IMG/VR virus record: IMGVR_UViG_3300027754_000223
Location: 1-37,405 of that record
Source: a virus
Lineage: Duplodnaviria > Caudoviricetes
Length of the DNA: 37,405 nt
Strand: one strand, 5' to 3'
The position numbers were made by a program, and so were the translations under genes. The notes under the pieces are model-generated. The model had not been told where the DNA came from, made no database searches, and saw nothing but the letters and a program-made list of their open reading frames with translations. This document shows, piece by piece, positions 27,171 through 36,937 of the stretch (position 1 is the first letter of the stretch; each line of letters begins with the position of its first letter).

Positions 27171-27736
27171 TGCTATATTTCATAACAGAAACTTATTTAA
27201 AAGTTAATACACCCATCACTGCAAATGTGGATGTAACAGATGTAACACCATACATAGCTACTCAGGCAGCACTAAGAGTACAGCCTATACTAGGTACTAC
27301 TTTCTATAACCACATGCTTACAGCTTACAATGCTCAGACGCTTACACCTGATGAGGTAGATCTAGTAGAATTTATACAGCCTGTAATAGCATGGAGAAGT
27401 GCTGAGGATGCTGTATTCGGATTGACCTACCAACTTAAGAACAAAGGACTACAAACACAGTCAGGTGATTACTCTGCTAGTGTATCACGTAATGAGGTGG
27501 CCTTTGGTATGGAGCATTATGCACAGAAGGCTAGCTTCTTTGAGCAAAGATTAATCAGATGGCTACTAACTAACAGAGCACTCTTCCCTATCTTTATTTC
27601 TACCACTAATTTAGATACTGATTTACGGCCTATGTTTAATAACTGCAGCTGCATTAATCAATATAACAATGTATGCACTGGCTTATGTGGTAACTTTAGA
27701 GAAAATGGGTATAACAACGCCATCCTAATACTATGA
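27170..27736 (+). CDS. Putative head-tail adaptor
   Basis: 188 aa helical protein immediately after the portal. Confidence 0.55.
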   Translation: MLYFITETYLKVNTPITANVDVTDVTPYIATQAALRVQPILGTTFYNHMLTAYNAQTLTPDEVDLVEFIQPVIAWRSAEDAVFGLTYQLKNKGLQTQSGDYSASVSRNEVAFGMEHYAQKASFFEQRLIRWLLTNRALFPIFISTTNLDTDLRPMFNNCSCINQYNNVCTGLCGNFRENGYNNAILIL

Positions 27737-28224
27737 GACTACAGTTAGCAATCTTATTAGCCTCAATAAAACAATATATAATACAATTATTAACAGTGAT
27801 AGGAGCTTTCTTTTTACCTATATCAGGGATATTATTTTTAATTGGTTTTGCTATTGTGGTGGATACATTAACAGGGATATGGAAAGCTAAAAAATTAAAG
27901 ATTAAAATTACATCTAGGAAGTTATCTGCTATAATATCTAAATTAATGCTTTATGAGGTGGCCGTTATTGGTTTCTATCTTATAGATTATTTTATTCTTA
28001 ATGATATTATTTTAAAGTTTTTTTCAGTGCCTTTAATGTTAACCAAAATACTATCACTAGTGCTTTGTAGTATAGAGGTTATCTCTATCTCAGAAAATTA
28101 CAAAGCTGTAAAAGGCATAGATATATGGTCAGCATTTAAGAATTTATTACAGCGTTCAAAAGAAATTAAACAAGATATAGATGGAGTTAGATATAAGCAA
28201 GATAGTACAACAGAGACTATCTAA
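27733..28224 (+). CDS. Holin (full length)
   Basis: Multiple TM segments upstream of the amidase. Confidence 0.78.
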   Translation: MRLQLAILLASIKQYIIQLLTVIGAFFLPISGILFLIGFAIVVDTLTGIWKAKKLKIKITSRKLSAIISKLMLYEVAVIGFYLIDYFILNDIILKFFSVPLMLTKILSLVLCSIEVISISENYKAVKGIDIWSAFKNLLQRSKEIKQDIDGVRYKQDSTTETI

Positions 28225-28828
28225 AGATCAGTACGTAGATGAGCTTACAGACAAAAAACAAATCTATTTGCATCATACAGCAGGTGGACCAGATGCAGTA
28301 TCTGTAGCTAACTTTTTTAATCAGCAAGTAGGAAGGGTAGCAGTTGCTTTTATCATTGGTTCCAAGGGCACAATAGTGCAATGCTTCAGCTCTAAAAATT
28401 GGGCTTATCACCTGGGGCTTAAGCAAGAGGTGTTTAGTGAAGCAGGAGTAACTTACAAGAGCCTGGATAAAATGTCTATAGGCATAGAGATCTGTAACTA
28501 TGGACCATTAACTAAAAAGAACGGTTACTACTATAACTATGTAGGTGGCAAAGTAGATTACACTCAGCTAACTATCTTAGACAAACCATACAAAGGGCAC
28601 ATCTATTGGCAAATGTACACAGATGCACAAATAGAGTCTACCCGGCAGCTTCTAATCTACCTTTGTGATCAGTATAACATCCCTAAAGATTACTTTGCTA
28701 CCATCTTTGATATAGATAAGAGGGCACTAAGAGGTGAACCAGGTATATTTACACACAATTCAGTGAGGCATGATAAGAGTGATATCTATCCCTGCCCTAG
28801 GATGATACAAATGCTAGAAAATTTATGA
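28181..28828 (+). CDS. Endolysin, N-acetylmuramoyl-L-alanine amidase (allele 2)
   Basis: Same motifs as 330..977 with a few substitutions. Confidence 0.9.
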   Translation: MELDISKIVQQRLSKDQYVDELTDKKQIYLHHTAGGPDAVSVANFFNQQVGRVAVAFIIGSKGTIVQCFSSKNWAYHLGLKQEVFSEAGVTYKSLDKMSIGIEICNYGPLTKKNGYYYNYVGGKVDYTQLTILDKPYKGHIYWQMYTDAQIESTRQLLIYLCDQYNIPKDYFATIFDIDKRALRGEPGIFTHNSVRHDKSDIYPCPRMIQMLENL

Positions 28829-29271
28829 GATATATCCTACCAATTATAGCACTATGCCTATTAGGCTCCTGCTCAGATGCTAAAAAAGCACAGTACCACT
28901 ACAAAAAAGCTGTTAAATTTGGATTAGAGGTAGTGCAGGATAGTGATACCATCAGAATAATATCAATAGACAGCTTTGCAGTGATACGCAATGATACGCT
29001 TAGATACGAAAAGGTAATAAGAACTAAGGATACTGTTATCTTTTTTAAGAATATCTATGTACCTAAGACCAGGTGGCAAACAAGGATAGAGTACCGGTAT
29101 AAGACTCAACTTGTAAAGCAGGATGTGCTTAAGTATAAGTACATATATAAAGCAGAAAAAAAGCAAAAGGCAAAAACTAATTGGTTATTATTTATAATAG
29201 GATTTGGCTGTGGGATAGCTCTATTTTTTATCCTAAGACTGCTAGACAAATTATACAACCCCTTTAAATAA
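28825..29271 (+). CDS. Putative unimolecular spanin (allele 2)
   Basis: Lipobox LGSC plus a C-terminal TM. Confidence 0.7.
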   Translation: MRYILPIIALCLLGSCSDAKKAQYHYKKAVKFGLEVVQDSDTIRIISIDSFAVIRNDTLRYEKVIRTKDTVIFFKNIYVPKTRWQTRIEYRYKTQLVKQDVLKYKYIYKAEKKQKAKTNWLLFIIGFGCGIALFFILRLLDKLYNPFK

Positions 29272-29276
29272 CTTTA

Positions 29277-30152
29277 ATGATAAGACACTCAAAGAATGTT
29301 CACGAGCTTTCACTAGAAGGCAGTGAAGTAAGGATAGCTATGCTTAGTGATTTGCATTGGGATAACCCTCACTGTGATAGAGATATGCTAAAGAGACACC
29401 TGGACTATTGTGTTAAAGAGAATATACCGGTAATGATTAATGGTGATATGTTCTGCTTAATGCAAGGGAGGGGAGATAATAGACGTAATAAATCTGATAT
29501 AAGACCTGAGCACAATAATGCTATGTATTTAGACTCTATAGTGAACACAGCTGTGGAATGGTTCCTACCCTATGCACATATCATTAAGCTAATAGGTTAT
29601 GGTAACCATGAGACAAGTATAATAAAATTTCAAGAGACTGATATCCTGCAGAGATTTGTAGATATCCTGAACTTTAAAGCAAAATCTAATATACAAGTAG
29701 GAGGCTATGGTGGGTGGTTAGTAGTTAAGCAGGTTTATAGCCCTGGCAATACTACCTCTTTTACTACTAAAATCAAATACTTTCATGGATCAGGGGGTGG
29801 TGGTATAGTTACCAAAGGTGCAATCAATTTAACCAGGGCTCTAGAAACTTATGAGAACTTTGATGTATTTACAATGGGCCACATACATGAAAATTCATGC
29901 AGAAATGATGTTAGGGATACATTAGATCAGCATCCTGTAACAGGATACACACTTAAGCAAAAACAATTACACTTAATGCTCACAGGAACTTACAAAGAGG
30001 AGTATGGTGATGGCTCCCATGGATGGCATGTAGAACGTGGAGCTCCCATTAAGCCATTAGGTGGTAGGATACTTACAATAAAATGTGGTAGAGAGACTAC
30101 AGGAGATAGAAAATCTATAAAATTTATTGATAGTCACAAATTTAATTTGTAA
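29277..30152 (+). CDS. Metallophosphoesterase (copy 2)
   Basis: As 1435..2310, with one H/Y change seen. Confidence 0.88.
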   Translation: MIRHSKNVHELSLEGSEVRIAMLSDLHWDNPHCDRDMLKRHLDYCVKENIPVMINGDMFCLMQGRGDNRRNKSDIRPEHNNAMYLDSIVNTAVEWFLPYAHIIKLIGYGNHETSIIKFQETDILQRFVDILNFKAKSNIQVGGYGGWLVVKQVYSPGNTTSFTTKIKYFHGSGGGGIVTKGAINLTRALETYENFDVFTMGHIHENSCRNDVRDTLDQHPVTGYTLKQKQLHLMLTGTYKEEYGDGSHGWHVERGAPIKPLGGRILTIKCGRETTGDRKSIKFIDSHKFNL

Positions 30153-30161
30153 GTTTGCAAC

Positions 30162-30228
30162 AGGTTTTGTATTAATAAACTCATAGCCCCCTGTATCTTT
30201 GGTTAGTTTGGCAGGGGGTTATTTTTTT
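30162..30228 (+). ncRNA. Candidate small RNA/terminator hairpin (copy 2)
   Basis: Identical to 2320..2386. Confidence 0.5.
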
Positions 30229-30525
30229 GTCCTAATTCTACAAAGATTTGTGACACAATTTTACGGTAAAAGCAAACTACTACCGAGGATTTGTAAAGTT
30301 GGTTATAACCAACATAGTAGCTAGAATGGTGGCATAATGTATAATATAGCTAACATATTACCCACTTTTTGTCAAGTATATTTAAGGTTATCACCTTACT
30401 TCTCATGTATAAATTCAGGCTATTCCTTTACATTACTTATTTAGAATGATTATTGATAACGTATTTATGTAAACAATTAAATGTTTGTACGTATATTTGA
30501 CCATTACTAATTTAAACTAACCAAT

Positions 30526-31649
30526 ATGAATGATCAAAAACTGACAGCTGTTGAGTACCTACTCCAGCAAATTAACACTAACACTGCTTTTACTGACAAG
30601 CAATGGGAGAGTATCTGCGAATTAGCTCTAGCTATGGAAAGATCACAGCTTATACTTGCAGAAATCAAAGCTACTGACAAAGTTTACAAAATTCAAAGAA
30701 AATGAGAAAGAAAATATCCGACCTTATCTATTACTTTACACCCCTCACTGATGAGCATAGAGACATTTTAAGCACTGCTATGGTGTTTATATTGTTTTGG
30801 GTGGCAGTCTATACATTTGCATACATTACTAACCTTTAAAACGCTTTAAAATGAACCTAGAAGACTTACAAGTAGAAAAGTACACAGCATCCATTTGGTA
30901 TGAAACCTATCACATTGAATTTATCCTTGATTTTGAGTGGAGCTTTACCTCATTTGATGAGGAAACTAATGAAACCACAGTTAGCATTTGGCTAGATAAG
31001 GGTGAGCAGTGGTGTAACAACGTATGCCATCCCTACACCCCTAACTCAGAAGAGCTAAAAGAATTAAAGACAGCTATAGAGGATAGCATACTAGAAGATC
31101 CTGATAGATTTGATGTATGGCAGTGGCACCTAGATAACAAAGAGTATCAGAACGAACTAAATAATGATAGAGATGATAGATAACACAGCACCAGTACCTA
31201 CTAACTTTAGCCTACAGACTAAAATAGAGTGGTGGAAAAATAAAAAGAGCGAAGGAGATAAAGGGGGGAGCTTTAACCTACAGCTTTACCTAGACTACCT
31301 CAGCTTACAGGATCATAAACCTAAAGACCAGGAGAAATGAAACGCTTTAAAGTAACCTATAACTATTTTGATGGTGGTAAAAAGAGGGTAGCTGTCAGGA
31401 TCTTAGAGGCCCTGGATAGAGACCACGCAATAATGATTATGGCTATGTGGCCTAAACTAATACTAAAAGTAGAACAGTATGAAAAAATATAGAGTATGGA
31501 TAGATGATAGGATGGAGCCTGAAGGTGGCTTTTGGTGGGAGTGCTTCCTAGGTAAAGATGGTAAGCTGCATGATTACATCTACACAGATGAGCAAGCAGA
31601 TACACCACAGTGGTATATTGATAATGGCTATAAAGTAGAAGAGCTATGA
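30526..31649 (+). other. Cluster of six small early ORFs, copy 2 (30526-30705, 30702-30839, 30851-31183, 31173-31340, 31337-31492, 31479-31649)
   Basis: Matches 2684..3807 at offset 27842. Confidence 0.7.
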
Positions 31650-32266
31650 ATGTAAAGATAGAAGTAATTAAAAGGTACCCATTTGAAAGCACTGCTCTAT
31701 TAGCTAAGGAATTAGGCCTAACAATATCACAGGTGTATAATTACGCATGGGCCTATAAGATACATAAGGATCCTATTTACCTAAAGACTGCAGCAAGTGG
31801 TAGATATAAAGCAGGGATGAGAAGTGGTGAGGCCTTCCAATTTAAGCCAGGGCATATCCCAAAAAACAAAGGGGTAAAGATGCCTGCAGAAACTTATGAG
31901 AAGGTGAAACCTACCATGTATAAGAAAGGTAACAAGCCAGCTAACACTCAACCCATTGGAACCATCCACAATAGAGCTGATAAAACAGGTAGACTGTACC
32001 AATATATCAAAATTAAAGATAGTCATTGGGAACTCCTGCAGAGGCACGTATGGACTCAGGCAAATGGTGAGATACCAAAAGGATGTGTTATCAATTTTAT
32101 AGATGGGAACTTTATGAATTGTGAGCTCAGTAACTTACAAGTAAAGACCAGGGCAGAAATGGCAATAATGAACAGTATACACAGATACCCTGCAGAGGTT
32201 AGGGATCTAATTAAATTAACTAATAAATTAAAAAGTAAAACAAATGGCAAACAACAAACTAAGTGA
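31646..32266 (+). CDS. HNH-family protein (copy 2)
   Basis: Same translation as 3804..4424. Confidence 0.75.
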   Translation: MNVKIEVIKRYPFESTALLAKELGLTISQVYNYAWAYKIHKDPIYLKTAASGRYKAGMRSGEAFQFKPGHIPKNKGVKMPAETYEKVKPTMYKKGNKPANTQPIGTIHNRADKTGRLYQYIKIKDSHWELLQRHVWTQANGEIPKGCVINFIDGNFMNCELSNLQVKTRAEMAIMNSIHRYPAEVRDLIKLTNKLKSKTNGKQQTK

Positions 32267-32486
32267 TCTAAGAGATCATATATTCATGGCATTAGAAAGA
32301 TTAGCAGATGAGGGGCTAACAAGTGAGCAGGTAGCTAGTGAAGTGGATAAGGCTAAAGCAATAGCTCAGCTATCATCTACCATCATAGCCAGTGCAAAGG
32401 TGGAGATAGACTATATCAATGCAGTAGGATTAATAGATAGCCAAAGTGAGCTGTTTAAATCAGTAAACCCTAAATTACTATCATGA
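32244..32486 (+). CDS. Hypothetical phage protein (copy 2)
   Basis: Same translation as 4402..4644. Confidence 0.75.
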   Translation: MANNKLSDLRDHIFMALERLADEGLTSEQVASEVDKAKAIAQLSSTIIASAKVEIDYINAVGLIDSQSELFKSVNPKLLS

Positions 32487-32845
32487 GTAGACTAGAAGAG
32501 GTGCAATATGTTATAGAAAAATATGACTTAAAACAAAAGGGTAGATATATGCACATGATCTATAAAAGATATTACCTATATAATGTGCTCAAAAAAGATG
32601 GTATGACCTTATCACAAATTGGTAGACTGTTTAATCAAAGCCACTGTACTGTTTTGAATGGAATTAAAAAGCATGAGGATTACATGGCTTACAAAGATCC
32701 TGCTTACATGCTTCACACCAGGGACCTAAGGGAAACATTTGTACTACCACAGTACTATAAGCCACTAAAACAAAGGATATTAGAGATATATACCATTGAG
32801 AAATTAGAAAAACTTAAAGAGCAGATCAGATGCAATTATTACTAA
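32483..32845 (+). CDS. DnaA C-terminal-like HTH protein (copy 2)
   Basis: Same translation as 4641..5003. Confidence 0.7.
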   Translation: MSRLEEVQYVIEKYDLKQKGRYMHMIYKRYYLYNVLKKDGMTLSQIGRLFNQSHCTVLNGIKKHEDYMAYKDPAYMLHTRDLRETFVLPQYYKPLKQRILEIYTIEKLEKLKEQIRCNYY

Positions 32846-32847
32846 TT

Positions 32848-33029
32848 AATGACGCTGTGTCACATTCTCTTATTAACAGCTGCTGGAATAATTTTATTTT
32901 TTCAAAAGATTTTTTTTATTTTATTTTGCGTCATTTGCGTCATAAAACTCTAATAGTCAATACTAGTATAGTTATTAGCCATGACAAGTGCTTAAAATTT
33001 GCGTCATTTTGCGTCATAAACTTGTCATG
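32848..33029. repeat. Iteron cluster / putative origin (copy 2)
   Basis: Matches 5006..5187. Confidence 0.7.
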
Positions 33030-33068
33030 TAAAAATAATGATTACATTTACAGCCCAACTAACTAACT

Positions 33069-35393
33069 ATGAACATATCTGTATTTAAAAGCCTATTCAA
33101 TTCTAAAGAAACTCCCTACACACAAGATGTGGTGGATGTTTACAATAGGATAAAGGAAGGCTATCCTGAACTAATTGATAAGATAACTGCTCTTAGAGCT
33201 ATGGATGAGGATGATCCTGCATACAGCAGCCTAAAGAACAGCCTTAGGGCTATCATGTTTAATGGGACCTTTAATGAACGTAATGATAATGGCCTTATTG
33301 AGCACTCAGGGCTTTGTATATTAGATTTTGATGATTACCCTAGCAGTAAGGTAATGAAAGCTGAGAAGGTTAGACTAATGGAGTGCCCTAATGTGTTTAT
33401 GATATTTGTATCACCATCAGGTAAAGGGCTAAAGTGCGTGATTAAGATACCACCATCTGATAAATTCACGCATAAGAGAAGGTTCAAAGCTTTTCAGGAG
33501 TTTATTGATAGTGATTACTTTGATGCATCTAGCTGTAATGTTAGTAGAGTATGCTTTGAGTCTTATGATCGTGGTGCCTATATAAATTTAGATGCTGAGG
33601 TATTTGATTTGATGGAAGAGGAGAAGGGCCACAGCTCATTTGAAAGGGTGCCAGTGCTACCCATGACTAATGAAGCTAATATCATTGAGAATATAATGAA
33701 GTTTAACCATGGAGATATATCAAATGGTAGAAATAATTGGGTATTTAAAGTAGCTAACTGTTTTTGTGAGTATGGCATTAGTGAGAATACTGCTAAATTT
33801 TACCTTCATCAATATAGTGCTAAGGACTTTACTCAAATAGAAATTAATACCTGTGTAGGATCTGCTTATAAAAACCCTAATAAAGGCACTAAGTATTTTG
33901 AGGATAAAGAAACTATCTTAAAGGTAAGGTCAAAACTAAAAGAGGGTATCTCACCTGGTGATATCTCTAAGCAATTAGATATTAAGCCTGATGTGGTAGA
34001 GGATGTTAAAAAGGATGTAGCTAATAGTGAGGATGTATTCTGGTCCATTAGTGATAAGAAAGTAGTTAGTGTAGATCCTATGAGATATCGTGATTTTCTG
34101 TACAAGTATGGCTTTAACAAATACTACCCTGAACGCTCAGAGAAACCCACCTTTGTGAGGGTAATAGAAAATAAAGTTAATTTATCCTCAGTGGACCAGG
34201 TAAAAGATTTTGTCTTAGCCTACCTAATGAAGCAGAAGCAGGTGGATGTATGGAATTACTGCAGTAAGTCACCCTACCTATTCACAGATGGCCACTTATC
34301 TATGCTAGAGCCTATTGGATTAATGATGCTGCAGGATACTAAGGATGTGAGCTTTATACCTTACCGTAATGGAGTAGTTAAGATTACTAAGAATAAGATA
34401 GATATTGTGCCCTACATTGATATAGATGGCTACATTTGGGATAGGCAAATTATTGATAGGGATTACAAGCCAACTAAGAGCATAGAAAATGACTTTAAGA
34501 GCTTTGTATCTAAAGTATCTGCAGATGATGAGCAGAGGGTGAATGCTTTAGAGACTACCCTAGGATATCTACTACATACCTACAAAGATAAAACAGATCA
34601 GAAGGCAATTATTTTTAATGATCAGGAAATAGATGATAATCCTAATGGGGGAAGTGGTAAGAGCTTAGTGCTTACAGCTATTGGTAAGATTAGAAATATA
34701 GTTAAAATAGATGGTAAAGCATTTAACCCACAGAAGTCAGATTTTGTTTATCAGCGAGTAAATTTAGATAGTCAGATCCTGGCCTTTGATGATGTAAAGA
34801 AAGCATTTGACTTTGAGCAGCTATTTAGTTTAATATCAGAAGGGATAACAGTGAACAGAAAGAATAAGGATGAAATCTTTATACCATTTGAACGCTCACC
34901 AAAGATTGTGATTACTACCAACTATGTGATAAGTGGTGCCGGTGGTAGCCATGATAGGAGAAGGCATGAGATAGAGTTTAATCAGTACTTTAATGCACAG
35001 CGAAACCCACTAGATGAGTACGGTAGGTTATTATTTGACAGCTGGAGTGTGGTAGATTGGTTAGTATTTGATAACTACATGATCAGTAACCTGCAGAAAT
35101 TCTTATCAATGGGCCTTGTTAAAGCTGTAGCAATTAATGCAGATCACAAAAGATTTATCTCAGCTACTAATAAGGAATTTTATGATTACGCTATTGAGGG
35201 TAACATCACAATGGATGTACTTCACTATAACAACGTATCTATTCAGGACTTCCAAACTTACACAGGTGGGTGGCATGATCTTAATGCTCAGAGGTATCTA
35301 AAGATGGTTAATGAGTACTGCAAGTTTAAGGGGTACAATTTGAAAAAAGATAGGAATGTAGGAGGTAGATACTTTATAATTAGTAAGATATGA
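33069..35393 (+). CDS. Primase-helicase (copy 2, divergent last ~60 codons)
   Basis: As 5227..7551. Confidence 0.88.
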   Translation: MNISVFKSLFNSKETPYTQDVVDVYNRIKEGYPELIDKITALRAMDEDDPAYSSLKNSLRAIMFNGTFNERNDNGLIEHSGLCILDFDDYPSSKVMKAEKVRLMECPNVFMIFVSPSGKGLKCVIKIPPSDKFTHKRRFKAFQEFIDSDYFDASSCNVSRVCFESYDRGAYINLDAEVFDLMEEEKGHSSFERVPVLPMTNEANIIENIMKFNHGDISNGRNNWVFKVANCFCEYGISENTAKFYLHQYSAKDFTQIEINTCVGSAYKNPNKGTKYFEDKETILKVRSKLKEGISPGDISKQLDIKPDVVEDVKKDVANSEDVFWSISDKKVVSVDPMRYRDFLYKYGFNKYYPERSEKPTFVRVIENKVNLSSVDQVKDFVLAYLMKQKQVDVWNYCSKSPYLFTDGHLSMLEPIGLMMLQDTKDVSFIPYRNGVVKITKNKIDIVPYIDIDGYIWDRQIIDRDYKPTKSIENDFKSFVSKVSADDEQRVNALETTLGYLLHTYKDKTDQKAIIFNDQEIDDNPNGGSGKSLVLTAIGKIRNIVKIDGKAFNPQKSDFVYQRVNLDSQILAFDDVKKAFDFEQLFSLISEGITVNRKNKDEIFIPFERSPKIVITTNYVISGAGGSHDRRRHEIEFNQYFNAQRNPLDEYGRLLFDSWSVVDWLVFDNYMISNLQKFLSMGLVKAVAINADHKRFISATNKEFYDYAIEGNITMDVLHYNNVSIQDFQTYTGGWHDLNAQRYLKMVNEYCKFKGYNLKKDRNVGGRYFIISKI

Positions 35394-36019
35394 TACAGAT
35401 AACAAACGAGGATAACATGGAGCTAATGGCTAGGTATCCTGACAAGTATTTTGATTTAGCTATAGTAGATCCCCCTTATGGGATTGGAGAAGGTTCTAAA
35501 AAAATACATTCAAGAGGAAAGTCACAACTAAAATATACAGCTAAAGATTGGGATAGCTCAACACCAAGTAAAGAGTATTTTGATGAATTATTTAGAGTTA
35601 GTAAAAATCAAATTATTTGGGGTGCAAATCATTTTATTGAAAGTATTAATAAAAATTCAAGTTGTTGGCTTTTTTGGGATAAAGATGGTTATGGAGATTT
35701 TGCTGATGGGGAGCTTGCTTGGTGCAGTTTTAAGACGGCCGTTAGAAAGTTTAAGTTTACTTGGAATGGATTTAGAAAACAAATTCCACAAGATAGAATA
35801 CACCCTACTGAAAAACCTTTTAGTTTGTATAAATGGCAATTAGATAATTATGCAAAGAAAGGCGATAAAATACTTGATACACACTTGGGTTCGGGAAGTA
35901 TAGCAATAGCTTGTTATGACTATGGATTTGAATTGACGGCTTGCGAAATTGACAAGGAGTATTTCGATAAGGCAATGCAAAGAATAGAAAACCACAAAGC
36001 ACAACTAAAATTATTCTAA
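35390..36019 (+). CDS. Orphan N6-adenine/N4-cytosine DNA methyltransferase, beta-class order
   Basis: DLAIVDPPY catalytic motif, HPTEKP, then the ILDTHLGSGS SAM-binding motif. Confidence 0.92.
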   Translation: MIQITNEDNMELMARYPDKYFDLAIVDPPYGIGEGSKKIHSRGKSQLKYTAKDWDSSTPSKEYFDELFRVSKNQIIWGANHFIESINKNSSCWLFWDKDGYGDFADGELAWCSFKTAVRKFKFTWNGFRKQIPQDRIHPTEKPFSLYKWQLDNYAKKGDKILDTHLGSGSIAIACYDYGFELTACEIDKEYFDKAMQRIENHKAQLKLF

Positions 36020-36474
36020 TGAACAAAGAAAACAAAGCTAGACTAAAGGATCTAGAAATTAAGTACATGAGCTACAGGTACCCATCAGCACCAGGGCACA
36101 TCATACCACTAACTAAGTACTCAGATGCTACAGCTAATGGCTTGACTAAATGTATCAAGGACTTCCTAAACTACTCACAGCACCAAGCTGAAAGGATTAA
36201 TACAATGGGAGTATTTAGGCAGTCATATAGAACCGATGGCACTAAGACTGCAGGGCAGTGGACCAAGGGCACAGGCACTCCAGGATCTGCAGATATCTCT
36301 GCTACTATTTATGGAAGATCTGTAAAGATAGAAGTAAAGATTGGTAAGGATAAGCAGTCAGTGGTGCAGAAGGAATACCAACAGATGATAGAAGCTGCAG
36401 GGGGGGTGTATATAATCTCTAAGACCTTTGATGATTTCGTGCAGTGGTATGATGATTTTAGCACTAAAATATAA
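36019..36474 (+). CDS. VRR-NUC nuclease (allele 2)
   Basis: Near-identical to 7748..8203. Confidence 0.8.
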   Translation: MNKENKARLKDLEIKYMSYRYPSAPGHIIPLTKYSDATANGLTKCIKDFLNYSQHQAERINTMGVFRQSYRTDGTKTAGQWTKGTGTPGSADISATIYGRSVKIEVKIGKDKQSVVQKEYQQMIEAAGGVYIISKTFDDFVQWYDDFSTKI

Positions 36475-36505
36475 TATACGTACAACCTTAAAATATAGAA
36501 ATGAT

Positions 36506-36700
36506 ATGAAAGCAACAGCAGTAGAATGGTTATTAGATAGTTTAGATTACAACCAAAATATGTTAGGTATAAAAGAAATTATTGAACAAGCCAAAGAAAT
36601 GGAGAAAGAGCAGATAATTGATGCGTATGAATATACAGCAGCAGGAACAAGCCATTATGGTGAACAATACTACAACGAAACCTTTAAACAAAAACAATGA
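36506..36700 (+). CDS. Inserted 64-aa protein (MKATAVEWL...AKEMEKEQIIDAY)
   Basis: Start moved from 36428 to the ATG at 36506, which uses the leader that precedes 8235 in copy 1. Absent from copy 1. Confidence 0.75.
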   Translation: MKATAVEWLLDSLDYNQNMLGIKEIIEQAKEMEKEQIIDAYEYTAAGTSHYGEQYYNETFKQKQ

Positions 36701-36900
36701 AAGCAACACTAGAATATAACCTACCTGAGGATCAGTATGATTTTAACCATGCAACCAATGGCTTTAACTATTACATGGCACTTGTGGAGATGGATGAGTG
36801 GTTACGAAGTGAGTACAAGTACAATGGTAAAGAGGATATGTGGGAGGTAAGGGAGAAGCTGAGAGAAATAATTTCAGAAAATAATGTTAAAATAGAATAA
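36697..36900 (+). CDS. Hypothetical protein (allele of 8235..8438)
   Basis: Same length with several substitutions. Confidence 0.8.
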   Translation: MKATLEYNLPEDQYDFNHATNGFNYYMALVEMDEWLRSEYKYNGKEDMWEVREKLREIISENNVKIE

Positions 36901-36937
36901 TAGTAGTATATTTGTAAATAATTAACAAACTAACCCA

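Larger units (their letters stand above)
1..27851 (+). mobile_element. One unit length (~27.85 kb) of a tailed phage genome, probable Bacteroidota host
   Basis: Terminase, portal, capsid, tail, tape measure, lysis and replication genes are present. The sequence at position 1 recurs at 27852. No host genes are seen. Confidence 0.93.

Noticed and set aside
1-27851. Stop-codon reassignment or integrated prophage
   Set aside because: Genes tile densely in the standard code with TAA, TAG and TGA all used as stops. No integrase, att-like junction or host genes were recognised.
1213-36515. Short minus-strand ORFs in the track (e.g. 1213-1416, 3521-3850, 17658-18107, 18639-18953, 35820-36068)
   Set aside because: They are antisense shadows of well-supported plus-strand genes, with no motifs or promoters.
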